DNA of 64,000 bases from Patescibacteria group bacterium (GTDB lineage Bacteria; Patescibacteriota; Minisyncoccia; Phycocordibacterales; WO2-35-19): NCBI GenBank assembly GCA_038064735.1, contig JBBTSI010000011.1:1768-65767 (forward strand), written 5' to 3'. Shown here piece by piece: positions 54,757 to 64,000 of this stretch. The position numbers were made by a program, and so were the translations under genes. Numbering within the stretch: position 1 is the stretch's first letter; each line of letters starts with the position of its first letter. The notes beneath the pieces were generated by a model. It made no database searches, was not told the origin of the DNA, and worked only from the letters and a program-made list of their open reading frames with translations.

Positions 54757-56025
54757 TTAGACTTTCAAAATATTTTTGAAGCGGGATTCGTCTTTGTATT
54801 TGCCGACAATAGCAAGATTGAGTTTTTTGTTTTGAATTATTTCTTTGGCGACTTTGGCGATATCGTTAGCTGTAATTTTCTCAATTTCTTTTTCAACATC
54901 TTTTGGGTTTTTAATTTTCTGTTTAAATATTTCTTGAGCACCATAAAAGTTGGCCAGAGAATCTGAAGATTCTAAACCTAAATACAAATTGCCCAACAAA
55001 TAATCTTTAGTTTTGCGAAGTTCTGCTTCCGAAACTTTTTCATCTCTGATTCTTACAAACTCTTCCAAAATACCTTTGATACCTTCTTCTACTCTACTAG
55101 AATCAACTCCAGCCGAAACAATAAATGAACCGTGGTCAGTCAAGTCATTCACCCCAGCTTTGACATAATAACAAATACCAAGCTGGTCTCTCATTTTTTG
55201 GAATAGGCGGGAGCTCATACCTTTACCGAGCATAGCAGACAAAACATTAAGTATTGGCATCCTTTTATCATAAAGATCAAAAGCCCTGAAACCGAGCACC
55301 AAATGGGTTTGATCGGTCTCTTTAAACTTCAATCCAACCGATGGTCCAGTTTGCTTTTCAACAACTTTCTTTTTGGTAGTTTTTTTGCCGATTGGTATCT
55401 CTCTAAAAGCTTTAGCGACTTTTTTGAAAATATCATTTGCATCCACATCACCAGCTACCACGATAGTCGTAGCTTTTGCTACATAATGTTGTTTACGATA
55501 ATTGACGAAATCTTTCCTAGTAAAGCCTCTTACATTTTCTCTAGTACCCGCCACACTCCATCCAGCCGGTTGGTCGCCATAAAGTAATCCATCAAAAACT
55601 TCGTGTACCATTATCTGAGGCAAATCTTCATACATATTTATTTCTTCCACAATCACCCCTTTTTCAATTTCCAAATCTTTTTCCGGAAAAGTCGGATTGA
55701 GATACATATCAGCAATGAGGTCTAGCATTTTTTCAGTGTGTTTCGGATGTGCTTTGCCCCAATAACCCGTCACTTCCTGAGAAGTGAAAGCGTTGTTTTG
55801 AGCACCCAGAGCATCAAACTCTTTGGCGATATCTCCAGCACTTGGTCTCTTGTTAGTACCTTTGAAACACATATGTTCCAGAAAGTGTGAGATGCCGTTG
55901 TTCTGTTTGTTTTCGTATTTGGAACCAGCTTCAATCAAAGACATGACAGTCACCGAAGGTGCACCCTTGATTGGCACCACCATTATCCGCAAACCATTAT
56001 TCAAAACTTTTTTCTTGTAATCCAT
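54757..56025 (-). CDS. M16 family zinc peptidase
   Basis: GISHFLEHMCFKGT, NAFTSQE, EKGVIVEEI, SSRLFQ. Start set at MDYKKK. Confidence 0.93.
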   Translation of the reverse strand: MDYKKKVLNNGLRIMVVPIKGAPSVTVMSLIEAGSKYENKQNNGISHFLEHMCFKGTNKRPSAGDIAKEFDALGAQNNAFTSQEVTGYWGKAHPKHTEKMLDLIADMYLNPTFPEKDLEIEKGVIVEEINMYEDLPQIMVHEVFDGLLYGDQPAGWSVAGTRENVRGFTRKDFVNYRKQHYVAKATTIVVAGDVDANDIFKKVAKAFREIPIGKKTTKKKVVEKQTGPSVGLKFKETDQTHLVLGFRAFDLYDKRMPILNVLSAMLGKGMSSRLFQKMRDQLGICYYVKAGVNDLTDHGSFIVSAGVDSSRVEEGIKGILEEFVRIRDEKVSEAELRKTKDYLLGNLYLGLESSDSLANFYGAQEIFKQKIKNPKDVEKEIEKITANDIAKVAKEIIQNKKLNLAIVGKYKDESRFKNILKV

Positions 56026-56120
56026 GTCTTTAATATTAGATTGATAGTGGCGTAAATATAACCTTAAACTCACCCAAAATCAAATTTGGTAATGTTATCT
56101 TTTTATTGTAAAATAGGGGT

Positions 56121-57746
56121 ATGACCTCAAACGAAATCAGAAAAAAATATTTGGAATTTTTTGAGAGCAAAGGACACAAAATAATCCCGAGCGCTTCCTT
56201 AATTCCTGAAAATGACCCAACGGTGCTTTTCACTACAGCCGGTATGCACCCGCTCGTGCCTTTTCTTTTGGGAGAAAAACATCCAGCAGGACAGAGACTG
56301 ACCAATATTCAAAAATGCATCCGCACTGGCGACATTGATGAAGTAGGGGATGACACTCACCTCACTTTTTTTGAAATGCTCGGTAATTGGTCACTAGGAG
56401 ATTATTGGAAAAAAGAATCGATAACTTGGAGTTTTGAATTTTTGACTCAAGAATTAAAGATAGATTTAGAAAGAATTTCTGTAACTTGTTTTGCAGGAGA
56501 TGAAACTGTACCGAGAGATAATGAATCTGCAGAAATTTGGAAATCACTTGGTATCTCAGAAGAAAAAATAAAATTTTTAGGCAGAGAAGACAACTGGTGG
56601 GGACCAGCAGGAGAAACAGGACCATGCGGACCGGACACCGAAATCTTCGTTGATGGTGTGGAAATTTGGAACAACGTCTTCATGGAATATAACAAAACCA
56701 AAGACGGTGCTTACGAACCACTCGTACAAAAAAATGTGGATACAGGCATGGGACTTGAAAGAACGCTGATGATTTTAAACGGTCAAAAAAATGTTTTCGA
56801 AACAGATTTGTTTGAAGGGTTACTTAAAGACAATAGTAGAGAATCAAAAATTGTTGCCGACCATATCAAAGCTGCTGTCTTCATTTTGTCTGAAGGAATT
56901 GAGCCATCCAACACAGGAGCTGGTTATGTTTTGCGCCGTCTGATTCGTCGCGCGGTCCGTTATAGTAAAGATTTGGATTTAACCAAACTTGCCGAAAAAA
57001 TTATTGAAATTTATAAAGATATTTATCCTGAACTTTTGAAAAATAAAGAAAAGATTTTGGATGAATTAAAAAAAGAAAAAGAAAAATTCGAAAAAACTTT
57101 GGAAAGCGGAATGAAAGAATTTGAAAAGGGGACTGATCCATTTGTTCTTTTCACTTCTTATGGTTTTCCTTTTGAACTTACAAAAGAGCTGGCAAAGGAA
57201 AAAGGAATAGAGATAGATGAAAATAAATTTAATGAAGAATTGAAGAAACACCAAGAACTCTCCCGCACTGCAAGCAGCGGGATGTTCAAAGGCGGGCTTT
57301 CGGATAGTGGGGAAGAGACCAAGAAACTGCACACAGCCACACACCTGCTCCGCAGAGCTCTCGAAGTTATACTTGGCGAATCGATAATGCAGAAGGGTAG
57401 TAATATCACAGCCGAAAGACTTAGGTTTGATTTCAATTGGTCAGAAAAAATCTCAGAAGAACAATTAAAAAAAGTTGAGGATTTGGTTAATGAAAAAATA
57501 AAAGAAGAAATTCCAGTAGAAATGCTTGAATTACCAAAAGAAGAAGCTCTGAAAGTTGTCGGCACACTCTCTTTTGATTTATCAAAATACGGAGATGTTG
57601 TAAAAGTTTATAAAATTGGGGATTTCAGTGCCGAATTTTGCGGAGGTCCGCACGTCACCAACACTTCCGAGCTCGGCAAATTCAAAATCATCAAAGAAGA
57701 AGCCGTCTCCGCCGGCGTCCGCCGAATAAAAGCAATATTGGAATAG
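56121..57746 (+). CDS. alaS: alanine--tRNA ligase (minimal form)
   Basis: LFTTAGM, H.TFFEMLGN.S.GDY, VDTGMGLER, HTATHLL, FCGGPHV, AGVRRI. Confidence 0.95.
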   Translation: MTSNEIRKKYLEFFESKGHKIIPSASLIPENDPTVLFTTAGMHPLVPFLLGEKHPAGQRLTNIQKCIRTGDIDEVGDDTHLTFFEMLGNWSLGDYWKKESITWSFEFLTQELKIDLERISVTCFAGDETVPRDNESAEIWKSLGISEEKIKFLGREDNWWGPAGETGPCGPDTEIFVDGVEIWNNVFMEYNKTKDGAYEPLVQKNVDTGMGLERTLMILNGQKNVFETDLFEGLLKDNSRESKIVADHIKAAVFILSEGIEPSNTGAGYVLRRLIRRAVRYSKDLDLTKLAEKIIEIYKDIYPELLKNKEKILDELKKEKEKFEKTLESGMKEFEKGTDPFVLFTSYGFPFELTKELAKEKGIEIDENKFNEELKKHQELSRTASSGMFKGGLSDSGEETKKLHTATHLLRRALEVILGESIMQKGSNITAERLRFDFNWSEKISEEQLKKVEDLVNEKIKEEIPVEMLELPKEEALKVVGTLSFDLSKYGDVVKVYKIGDFSAEFCGGPHVTNTSELGKFKIIKEEAVSAGVRRIKAILE

Positions 57747-57799
57747 GATTTTTCCACAATATTTATTGTGTATAAACAAAATAGGTTTATAATATAGAC

Positions 57800-59263
57800 A
57801 TGCCAAGAATTCAATTTAGTGATGTTACTCCACCAGAGCGAAGAAGTATTCGCGACATTCCTATACCAAGAGGCGGCAAAAGAAAAGTGCCGACCACAAT
57901 AATCAGACAAGAAGAACCCGCTCCAACAAGAAAAGAGGTTCCTTCTGAAAATTTTCCTATTTCCAATCCAGTCTCAAACTTTAATAAAAATCCTGTTTCA
58001 AACGTCAATATAAACAAGAAAATTTCGGATGTTACTGAAAAGAAAACCAACAGCGCTTACGAATATTATTATCCCAAAGAAAAAATCATTACCGAACAAT
58101 CTGTCCATGAATTTACCAAAAACAAAAAGAAAGCTTGGATATTTGGATCAATAACAGTCATAGTCATCGCTATTTTCATAGTAAGTATGATGACTGTATT
58201 TGCTTCAGCCACTATAGATATCACACCGAAAAACCAAGATATAAACGTAGATATGAAAATAGCCGGTTCTGTAGAAGCTGGATCTAATATAGTCAGATAT
58301 GAAATCATCAAACTTTCCAAATCCGATACAGCTTCAGTACCAGCTACAGGAGAACAAGCAGTGGAACTTAAAGCTTCAGGTAAAATCGTCATTTACAACA
58401 ACTTTTCTACAGAACCTCAAAGACTCATCGTCCGTACCAGGTTTGAAAATTCCGAAGGTCTTATATATAGAATACCAGAATCAGTCGTAGTCCCAGGTAA
58501 AACTGTCAAAGACGGAGTTGAAACACCCGGCAGTATAGAGACGACCGTTTTTGCTGACGAAGCCGGAGACAAATACAATATAAAAAAATCTGACTTCACT
58601 ATTCCCGGATTTAAAAACGACGCTAATCGTTACAAAAACTTTTATGCCAGATCATCCTCAAGTATGAGTGGCGGTTTTGTAGGAATGCAAAAAACTGTGC
58701 TCCCTGCCGACAAACAAACCGCTTTGCAAACTATCGAAACAGAAACAGATGCCAATCTTAAAAAAGAGTTAGAAACAAAAGTGCCGGAAGGTTTGGTTAT
58801 GTTGCCCGATTCAATAAAATTTAAATCTACTGAACTACCCATTAAAGATTCGGGGTCATCTGTGATTATAGGCAAAGAAATTACCGCTTATGCGGTCATG
58901 CTCAATGCGGAAGATTTATCAAAAGTGATAATTGAAGAATACATTTCAAAATTACCAGAATGGAATAATATCAAACCGACAATCAAAGACTTTTCTCTTT
59001 TAAATATGACAGGTTTACCGGAAAATTTGGAGACTAATGGCAAAATAAACTTACAAATAAAGGGTCTTGCCAAAATCTGGGCCGATATAGATGTGAATTC
59101 TATAAGCCAAAAGCTTCTAGGTGCTCCTAAACAAGATGCATCAAAACTACTAGATGAATTTGCTGGCATTTCAACAATAACCTCAACCATTAGACCTATC
59201 TGGAAGCAAACTTTCCCCAAAGATTCAGCGAAAATCCACGTAAAGACCACCTTAAACCAATAA
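57800..59263 (+). CDS. membrane-anchored protein with a baseplate-J-like beta domain
   Basis: Disordered N-terminus, single TM, KASG.I.IYN...Q.L...TRF, V.A...G..YNI, FTIPG, M.GG pattern. Confidence 0.6.
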   Translation: MPRIQFSDVTPPERRSIRDIPIPRGGKRKVPTTIIRQEEPAPTRKEVPSENFPISNPVSNFNKNPVSNVNINKKISDVTEKKTNSAYEYYYPKEKIITEQSVHEFTKNKKKAWIFGSITVIVIAIFIVSMMTVFASATIDITPKNQDINVDMKIAGSVEAGSNIVRYEIIKLSKSDTASVPATGEQAVELKASGKIVIYNNFSTEPQRLIVRTRFENSEGLIYRIPESVVVPGKTVKDGVETPGSIETTVFADEAGDKYNIKKSDFTIPGFKNDANRYKNFYARSSSSMSGGFVGMQKTVLPADKQTALQTIETETDANLKKELETKVPEGLVMLPDSIKFKSTELPIKDSGSSVIIGKEITAYAVMLNAEDLSKVIIEEYISKLPEWNNIKPTIKDFSLLNMTGLPENLETNGKINLQIKGLAKIWADIDVNSISQKLLGAPKQDASKLLDEFAGISTITSTIRPIWKQTFPKDSAKIHVKTTLNQ

Positions 59264-59265
59264 GC

Positions 59266-59295
59266 TTGACATGATAGAGGCTTATATGATAACCT
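59266..59295 (+). promoter_or_regulatory. promoter of the infA-rpsM operon
   Basis: TTGACA-N18-TAACCT with TGn extension. Confidence 0.5.
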
Positions 59296-59319
59296 TTTTT
59301 CGTTGTTGTTTCATTTCAA

Positions 59320-59550
59320 ATGGCAGATAAAGAAAGGCAGGAAACAGTAGTTGGCATAATAACGGAAGCGCTTCCGAACGCGCTTTTCCGCGTCAATTTA
59401 CAAGAGAAAGAAATCCTTGCGTACTTGTCTGGTAAAATGAGACTCAACAGAATAAAAGTTTTAATTGGAGATTCTGTGGAGATCGTCTTAGACCCTTACG
59501 GAGGGCGAGGGAGGATTGTGCGCAGACTCGACAATAGACGAGCCAGTTAG
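59320..59550 (+). CDS. infA: translation initiation factor IF-1
   Basis: EALPNA.FRV, AYLSGKMR.NRI.VL.GD.V. Confidence 0.95.
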   Translation: MADKERQETVVGIITEALPNALFRVNLQEKEILAYLSGKMRLNRIKVLIGDSVEIVLDPYGGRGRIVRRLDNRRAS

Positions 59551-59565
59551 GCATTAAGGTAAAGT

Positions 59566-59685
59566 ATGAAAGTAAAATCTACAGTAAAAAAGATGTGCTC
59601 AAAATGTGAGTTAGTCCGCCGAGGTGGCGTTTTGTTTGTCGTTTGCAAAAGCAATCCAAAACACAAACAAAGACAAGGGGCATAA
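59566..59685 (+). CDS. rpmJ: 50S ribosomal protein bL36 (Zn-binding form)
   Basis: Below the ORF-track cutoff; [39 protein letters not shown]. Confidence 0.95.
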   Translation: MKVKSTVKKMCSKCELVRRGGVLFVVCKSNPKHKQRQGA

Positions 59686-59717
59686 TAATTTTAAATATCA
59701 AATTTCAAATATAAAAA

Positions 59718-60098
59718 ATGAGAATTTTAGGCATTACAATACCAGAAACAAAGAGGCTTGAAATTGGGTTAACCACCCTTTTTGGAGTCGGCCGCTCAGA
59801 AGCCCAAAGAATTTTGGATAAAGCAAAAGTAGATTGGGGCACCACCGCCAAAGATTTAAGCCCAGAAAAAGAAAACGAAATCAGAAAAATCATTGAGAGT
59901 TTGAAAATAGAAGGAGATCTCAAAAGAGAAGTTTCCGGAAATATCAAAAGACTTAAAGATATCAAATGTTACCGTGGAGTCAGACATATGAGAGTTTTGC
60001 CAGTCAGAGGCCAGAGGACCAAGACCAATTCCCGTACTAGAAGAGGTAACACCAGGAAGACTATGGGTACCGGACGCAGAGCAGTTGAGAAGAAATAA
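59718..60098 (+). CDS. rpsM: 30S ribosomal protein uS13
   Basis: IEGDL.RE, YRG.RH...LPVRGQRTKTN.RTR. Confidence 0.97.
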   Translation: MRILGITIPETKRLEIGLTTLFGVGRSEAQRILDKAKVDWGTTAKDLSPEKENEIRKIIESLKIEGDLKREVSGNIKRLKDIKCYRGVRHMRVLPVRGQRTKTNSRTRRGNTRKTMGTGRRAVEKK

Positions 60099-60110
60099 AA
60101 TACAAATAAC

Positions 60111-60542
60111 ATGGGTAAAAAAAGAATTGTAAAAACAGATACAGAATCAACAGAAAACAGCACCAAAACAGTGGCTGAAGTTTCTGGTAAAAAAAGAGTA
60201 GATGCCGGCATTCTTCATGTCAGATCAACTTACAACAACACCGAGTTAGTTTTGACAGATAAGAAAGGTAACGTCCTCGCTTTTGAATCAAGTGGCAAAC
60301 TTGGATTTAAAGGAGCTAAAAAAGGTACCCCGTTTGCAGCCGCCAAAGTCGGCGAAACCTTAGCTATAAAAGCCGCTACTTTGGGAGTAAAAGAAATATC
60401 AGTTGTGGTCAAAGGTGTTGGTTCAGGTAGAGAATCAGGTATTAGAGGATTTATTTCCAAAGGTATCGCTATCACTTCCATCAAAGATGCGACCCCAGTG
60501 CCTCACAACGGACCTAAACCTAAAAAACCAAGAAGAGTTTAA
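60111..60542 (+). CDS. rpsK: 30S ribosomal protein uS11
   Basis: STYNNT, GFKGAKKGTPFAA, TPVPHNG. Confidence 0.97.
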   Translation: MGKKRIVKTDTESTENSTKTVAEVSGKKRVDAGILHVRSTYNNTELVLTDKKGNVLAFESSGKLGFKGAKKGTPFAAAKVGETLAIKAATLGVKEISVVVKGVGSGRESGIRGFISKGIAITSIKDATPVPHNGPKPKKPRRV

Positions 60543-60551
60543 TCAAAAAAT

Positions 60552-61169
60552 ATGAAAATCGGACCAAAATACAAAATAGCCCGCAGACTTAGATCTCCAA
60601 TTTTTGAGAAAACTCAAACTCAAAAATTCGTAATGAGAGAAGAGCGCAAAAGTGCTAAAAATAAAAAAAGATCTTTCAATAAACCAAAGACTGATTTCGG
60701 TGCTCAGATGAACGAAAAACAAAAAGCCCGTATGTTTTATTGCGTGACCGAAAAACAATTTGCCAAATACGTAAAACAGAGTTTGGAGAAAAAGACCAGC
60801 TCACCAGTAGTCAATCTTTTGAAGTCTCTCGAACACCGACTTGATAACATTGTTTGGAGAGCTGGCATTTTACCAACACATCTCTCTGCCAGACAAGCTG
60901 TCGCTCACGGACACTTCTTGGTAAACGGTAAAAAAGTTTATGTACCATCATTTTCCGTAAAAGAAGGTGATATCATCACTATCCGCGAGGGAAGCAAAGA
61001 TAGCAAACTTTTCAGTGAATTGGGTAACAAAGAAAAAGAAATCCAATCACCTGATTGGATGGTCTGGAACAAAGACAAAAAAGAACTTTCCATCAAGAGT
61101 GGTTCTTTCACTGAAAAATCTGATTTGATGTTTGATCTCGGCCAAGTCATTGAATATTATCAGAGATAA
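60552..61169 (+). CDS. rpsD: 30S ribosomal protein uS4
   Basis: GPKYKIARR, EKQK, LE.RLDN.V.R, ARQ.V.HGH, VIEYY.R. Confidence 0.97.
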   Translation: MKIGPKYKIARRLRSPIFEKTQTQKFVMREERKSAKNKKRSFNKPKTDFGAQMNEKQKARMFYCVTEKQFAKYVKQSLEKKTSSPVVNLLKSLEHRLDNIVWRAGILPTHLSARQAVAHGHFLVNGKKVYVPSFSVKEGDIITIREGSKDSKLFSELGNKEKEIQSPDWMVWNKDKKELSIKSGSFTEKSDLMFDLGQVIEYYQR

Positions 61170-61215
61170 CAGTGTATAATAAATATTTGTTTAATTTTAA
61201 TTAATTTTTAATATT

Positions 61216-62208
61216 ATGATAATGGATAATTTTGATAAAGCTATAGTGTTGCCTTCAAAACCAAAAATTGTTTTGGAAGAAGGGAATAAGGGAGTTTATG
61301 AAATAGACGGATTTTACCCCGGCTATGGATTTACTGTTGGCAATAGTTTGCGTCGTATTATTCTTTCTTCTTTGCCAGGAGCCGCCATCACTTCCGTAAA
61401 AATAAATGGCATTGAGCACGAATTTTCTTCCATTAAAGGAATCAAAGAAGATGTGGTTATGATAATGCTAGGCATCAAGAGACTCCGTATCAAAATGCTT
61501 ACCGATGAACCTCAAATCTTAACTCTCAAAGCTAAAGGCGTCAAAACCGTCACTGCTGCCGATATCGAAACTCCCGGACAAGTGGAAATCATAAACCCAG
61601 AACTCGTCATCGCCACTCTCACCGACAAAGATTCAGTGTTGGATATAGAAATGACAGTTGAGAAAGGCCTTGGTTTCGTTGGTCGCGACAGCCTTGGTAA
61701 AAACAAAGTTGATATCGGCACTATCGTCCTCGATGCCAACTTTACTCCAATCAGAAGAGTCAGTTATGAAGTAGAAAATATGCGCGTTGGTGACCGTACT
61801 GATTTCAACCGTTTGCGCATCTCAATAGAAACTGACGGAAGTACTACCCCAAAAGAATCTCTTGAAAGATCTATCAATCTTATGATAGAACAACTCAAAG
61901 CTATCACCGGCTTTGAAGAAAAAGAGATTGAGTTAGATGAAGAATCTTCAGATGGCAGTTCCAAAAACACAGGCAAAGAAAATGAGGATGCCGAACAAAA
62001 ATTGGATCCTGAATTCCTCAAAACCCGCATCGAAAACCTAAACCTTTCAGCTAGGACACTCAATGCACTTTCCAGCGCCAACATCAGGACTATCGGAGGA
62101 CTCGCCAGAAAGAAAGAAAAAGATATTTTGGAAGTCGAGGGTCTTGGAGCCAAAGGAGTTGCCGAAATTAAAAGAGTTTTAGGTGAGCACGGCATAACAT
62201 TGAAATAA
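61216..62208 (+). CDS. rpoA: RNA polymerase alpha subunit
   Basis: GYG.TVGNSLRR.ILSS.PG.A, HEFS, VEN.RVG.RTD, LSART.NAL. Confidence 0.97.
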   Translation: MIMDNFDKAIVLPSKPKIVLEEGNKGVYEIDGFYPGYGFTVGNSLRRIILSSLPGAAITSVKINGIEHEFSSIKGIKEDVVMIMLGIKRLRIKMLTDEPQILTLKAKGVKTVTAADIETPGQVEIINPELVIATLTDKDSVLDIEMTVEKGLGFVGRDSLGKNKVDIGTIVLDANFTPIRRVSYEVENMRVGDRTDFNRLRISIETDGSTTPKESLERSINLMIEQLKAITGFEEKEIELDEESSDGSSKNTGKENEDAEQKLDPEFLKTRIENLNLSARTLNALSSANIRTIGGLARKKEKDILEVEGLGAKGVAEIKRVLGEHGITLK

Positions 62209-62241
62209 TTTTCAGTTTTCAATTTACAATTTTCAAACAAC

Positions 62242-62589
62242 ATGAGACACCACAACGCAAACAGAAAATTCAGCAGAGTTCGCAAAGTTAGAGTAGCTTT
62301 GATTAATTCACTTGCTCGCTCTTTGATATTGCATCAAAAAATGGAAACCACCGAACCCAAAGCTAAGGAAATCAGACCTTTCGTTGAAAAACTCATAACC
62401 AAAGGCAAACTCCAGACTGTCGCCGCTAGGAGAGATATCAATATTAAAGTCGGACCAAAGGCTACCAAGATAGTGGTAGACGAACTTTCCAAAAAATATG
62501 AAGACCGCAAAGGTGGTTTCCTTAGAATTATAAAAACCAAGAGACGACCTTCAGATGGAAGCAAGATGGCAATAATCGAATTTGTATAA
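62242..62589 (+). CDS. rplQ: 50S ribosomal protein bL17
   Basis: MRH...RK, ETT..KAKE.R..VEKLIT, R.GG..RI.K. Confidence 0.96.
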   Translation: MRHHNANRKFSRVRKVRVALINSLARSLILHQKMETTEPKAKEIRPFVEKLITKGKLQTVAARRDINIKVGPKATKIVVDELSKKYEDRKGGFLRIIKTKRRPSDGSKMAIIEFV

Positions 62590-62593
62590 AAAC

Positions 62594-62938
62594 ATGGAAC
62601 ACACAATAGACGCACAAAATAAAAAGTTAGGCAGACTCGCAAGCGAAGTGGCTGTTATCTTGATGGGCAAAAATCGTGCCGATTTCGCTCGCAACACCAT
62701 CCCTGAAGTCAAAGTCAAAGTTTCAAACGCCGGCAAAATATTTGTCACTAACAAAAAACAAGAGAGCGAAACCTATATGAACTATTCCGGTTACCCAGGA
62801 GGTCTCAGAGAAAGAAGTATGAAAAAAGTCATCTCCGACAAAGGTATGAAAGAAGTCCTCCGGATTGCAGTCAGAGGTATGTTGCCAAAAAACAAACTCA
62901 GAGATAGGATGATGAAGAATTTAATAATTAGCGAATAA
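62594..62938 (+). CDS. rplM: 50S ribosomal protein uL13 (trimmed termini)
   Basis: IDA....LGRLAS.VA..L.GK, SGYPGGL, AVRGMLPKNKL. Confidence 0.95.
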   Translation: MEHTIDAQNKKLGRLASEVAVILMGKNRADFARNTIPEVKVKVSNAGKIFVTNKKQESETYMNYSGYPGGLRERSMKKVISDKGMKEVLRIAVRGMLPKNKLRDRMMKNLIISE

Positions 62939-62939
62939 A

Positions 62940-63356
62940 ATGGCTACAGAAAAAACAGAAAAAAATAATGAGCGTTATGTTGAAGCTATCGGCAGAAGAA
63001 AGACCGCCGTTGCCAGAGTGCGTATCACTCCTGCTTCCAAAACCACTTTCAAAATAAATGACCGCGATTTGGCTTCATATTTTCCAACAGCAGAAATGTG
63101 CAAGATTGTAGAAGAAGCTTTGAAAACCGCTAAGGTTGGGACTTTCGCTGTTTCCGCTCACGCTAAAGGCGGTGGTATCCACTCTCAAGCTGAAGCAGTC
63201 AGACATGGACTTTCCAGAGCTATCATCAAAAACGACCTGACACTCCGTACCACCATGAAAGTCGCTGGTCTCTTAAAACGCGACCCTCGCGCCAAAGAAC
63301 GCCGCAAATTCGGCCTCAAAAAAGCCCGCAAAGCTCCACAATGGAGCAAGAGATAG
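62940..63356 (+). CDS. rpsI: 30S ribosomal protein uS9
   Basis: GRRKTAVARV, GGG..SQA.A.RHG, KARKAPQWSKR. Confidence 0.97.
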   Translation: MATEKTEKNNERYVEAIGRRKTAVARVRITPASKTTFKINDRDLASYFPTAEMCKIVEEALKTAKVGTFAVSAHAKGGGIHSQAEAVRHGLSRAIIKNDLTLRTTMKVAGLLKRDPRAKERRKFGLKKARKAPQWSKR

Positions 63357-63370
63357 GCTCTCAATCAACT

Positions 63371-63404
63371 TTAAAAAACCTCGGCTCAACCCGAGGTTTT
63401 TTAA
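63371..63404. terminator. terminator of the ribosomal protein operon
   Basis: TTAAAAAACCTCGG-CTCAAC-CCGAGGTTTTTTAA. Confidence 0.8.
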
Positions 63405-63467
63405 TATCAAAAAATGCAATTTTATGGTATAATAGACTTATAACTTTTATAAACTAACCCTAAAACC

Positions 63468-63872
63468 ATGCTCAAAGAATTTAAACAATTTTTGTTAAGA
63501 GGAAATGTGGTTGATTTGGCAGTCGGTGTCGTCATAGGTGCCGCGTTCGGTTCGGTGGTCACCGCTTTGGTTTCAGACCTTTTGACGCCATTTATTTCGG
63601 CCATTGCCAAAGTGCCAGATTTTGGTGGGCTTATTTTCACTTTAAACGACAGTGAATTTAAGTACGGTCATTTCATAAACGCTCTTATTTCATTTATTTT
63701 AGTAGCTATCGCTGTATTTTTCTTTGTAGTCAAACCTATGAACCTGCTCATCGCTCGTTCTCGCAAAGAACCACCAGCCGACCCAACTACCAAAAAGTGC
63801 CCGGAGTGCCTCTCCGAAATTCCTATCTCCGCCAAACGTTGCTCCCACTGTACTCAAGTTCAGATTATATAA
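63468..63872 (+). CDS. mscL: large-conductance mechanosensitive channel with C-terminal Zn-ribbon
   Basis: EFK.F..RGNVVDLAVGVVIGAAF; C-terminal CPEC...C..C. Confidence 0.95.
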   Translation: MLKEFKQFLLRGNVVDLAVGVVIGAAFGSVVTALVSDLLTPFISAIAKVPDFGGLIFTLNDSEFKYGHFINALISFILVAIAVFFFVVKPMNLLIARSRKEPPADPTTKKCPECLSEIPISAKRCSHCTQVQII

Positions 63873-63886
63873 ATAATTTATGTCGA

Positions 63887-63952
63887 AGACCCTAGCCCCT
63901 CACCTTAGACAAGGTGAGGGGGGTTTCGCTTTAGCGAAACGGGGTGGGGTCT
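63887..63952. repeat. branched GC-rich palindromic element
   Basis: AGACCC/GGGTCT closing stem enclosing CCCCTCACCTT-AGAC-AAGGTGAGGGG and GTTTCGCT-TT-AGCGAAAC. Confidence 0.7.
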
Positions 63953-64000
63953 GAAATAAGGCTGGGTCTGACTTGATTTTCCCCCAAAAAAGAGTAAAAT

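Noticed and set aside
63880-63954. 24-codon ORF across the terminal palindrome
   Set aside because: It is only the translation of the repeat, with no independent coding evidence.
1-64000. CRISPR or other regularly spaced guide array
   Set aside because: No run of equal-length repeats with unique spacers and no cas-like gene; all repeats are dispersed hairpins.
1-64000. Genetic code 25 (UGA = Gly)
   Set aside because: Conserved genes are full length in the standard code, and TGA terminates uvrB, mltG, the HIT gene and the exonuclease gene at expected positions.

Overview
An AT-rich bacterial chromosome segment in the standard code (TGA is used as stop). Gene content and the reduced protein forms (short DnaX, AlaS, UvrC, uL13) suggest a Patescibacteria/CPR (Parcubacteria-like) organism; this assignment is inferred. 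Core genes include a DEAD-box helicase, ddl, dnaX, murB, ppdK, typA, pyrD, pgi, glucokinase, uvrB-uvrA-uvrC, ychF, leuS, mltG, mnmA, udg, alaS, the infA-rpmJ-rpsM-rpsK-rpsD-rpoA-rplQ-rplM-rpsI block, mscL and tRNA-Gln(UUG). The main signal is a set of small palindromic elements. Nine of them sit in-frame inside seven conserved enzymes (PpdK, UvrB, UvrA, UvrC x2, LeuS, MnmA x2, UDG). The uvrB and uvrC inserts share an identical 59-bp core inside different self-complementary arms. There is also a DUF559 endonuclease gene bracketed by its own REP-like hairpins and a 61-bp MITE-like element that duplicated a start codon. Other observations: two or three orphan structured RNA/sORF units near tRNA-Gln, a cluster of nucleotide house-cleaning genes several of which carry SD sites in an otherwise leaderless-looking genome, back-to-back ECF promoters, a Ddl lacking catalytic features, and unannotated tiny basic proteins. 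All calls come from reading the sequence; no database search was run.
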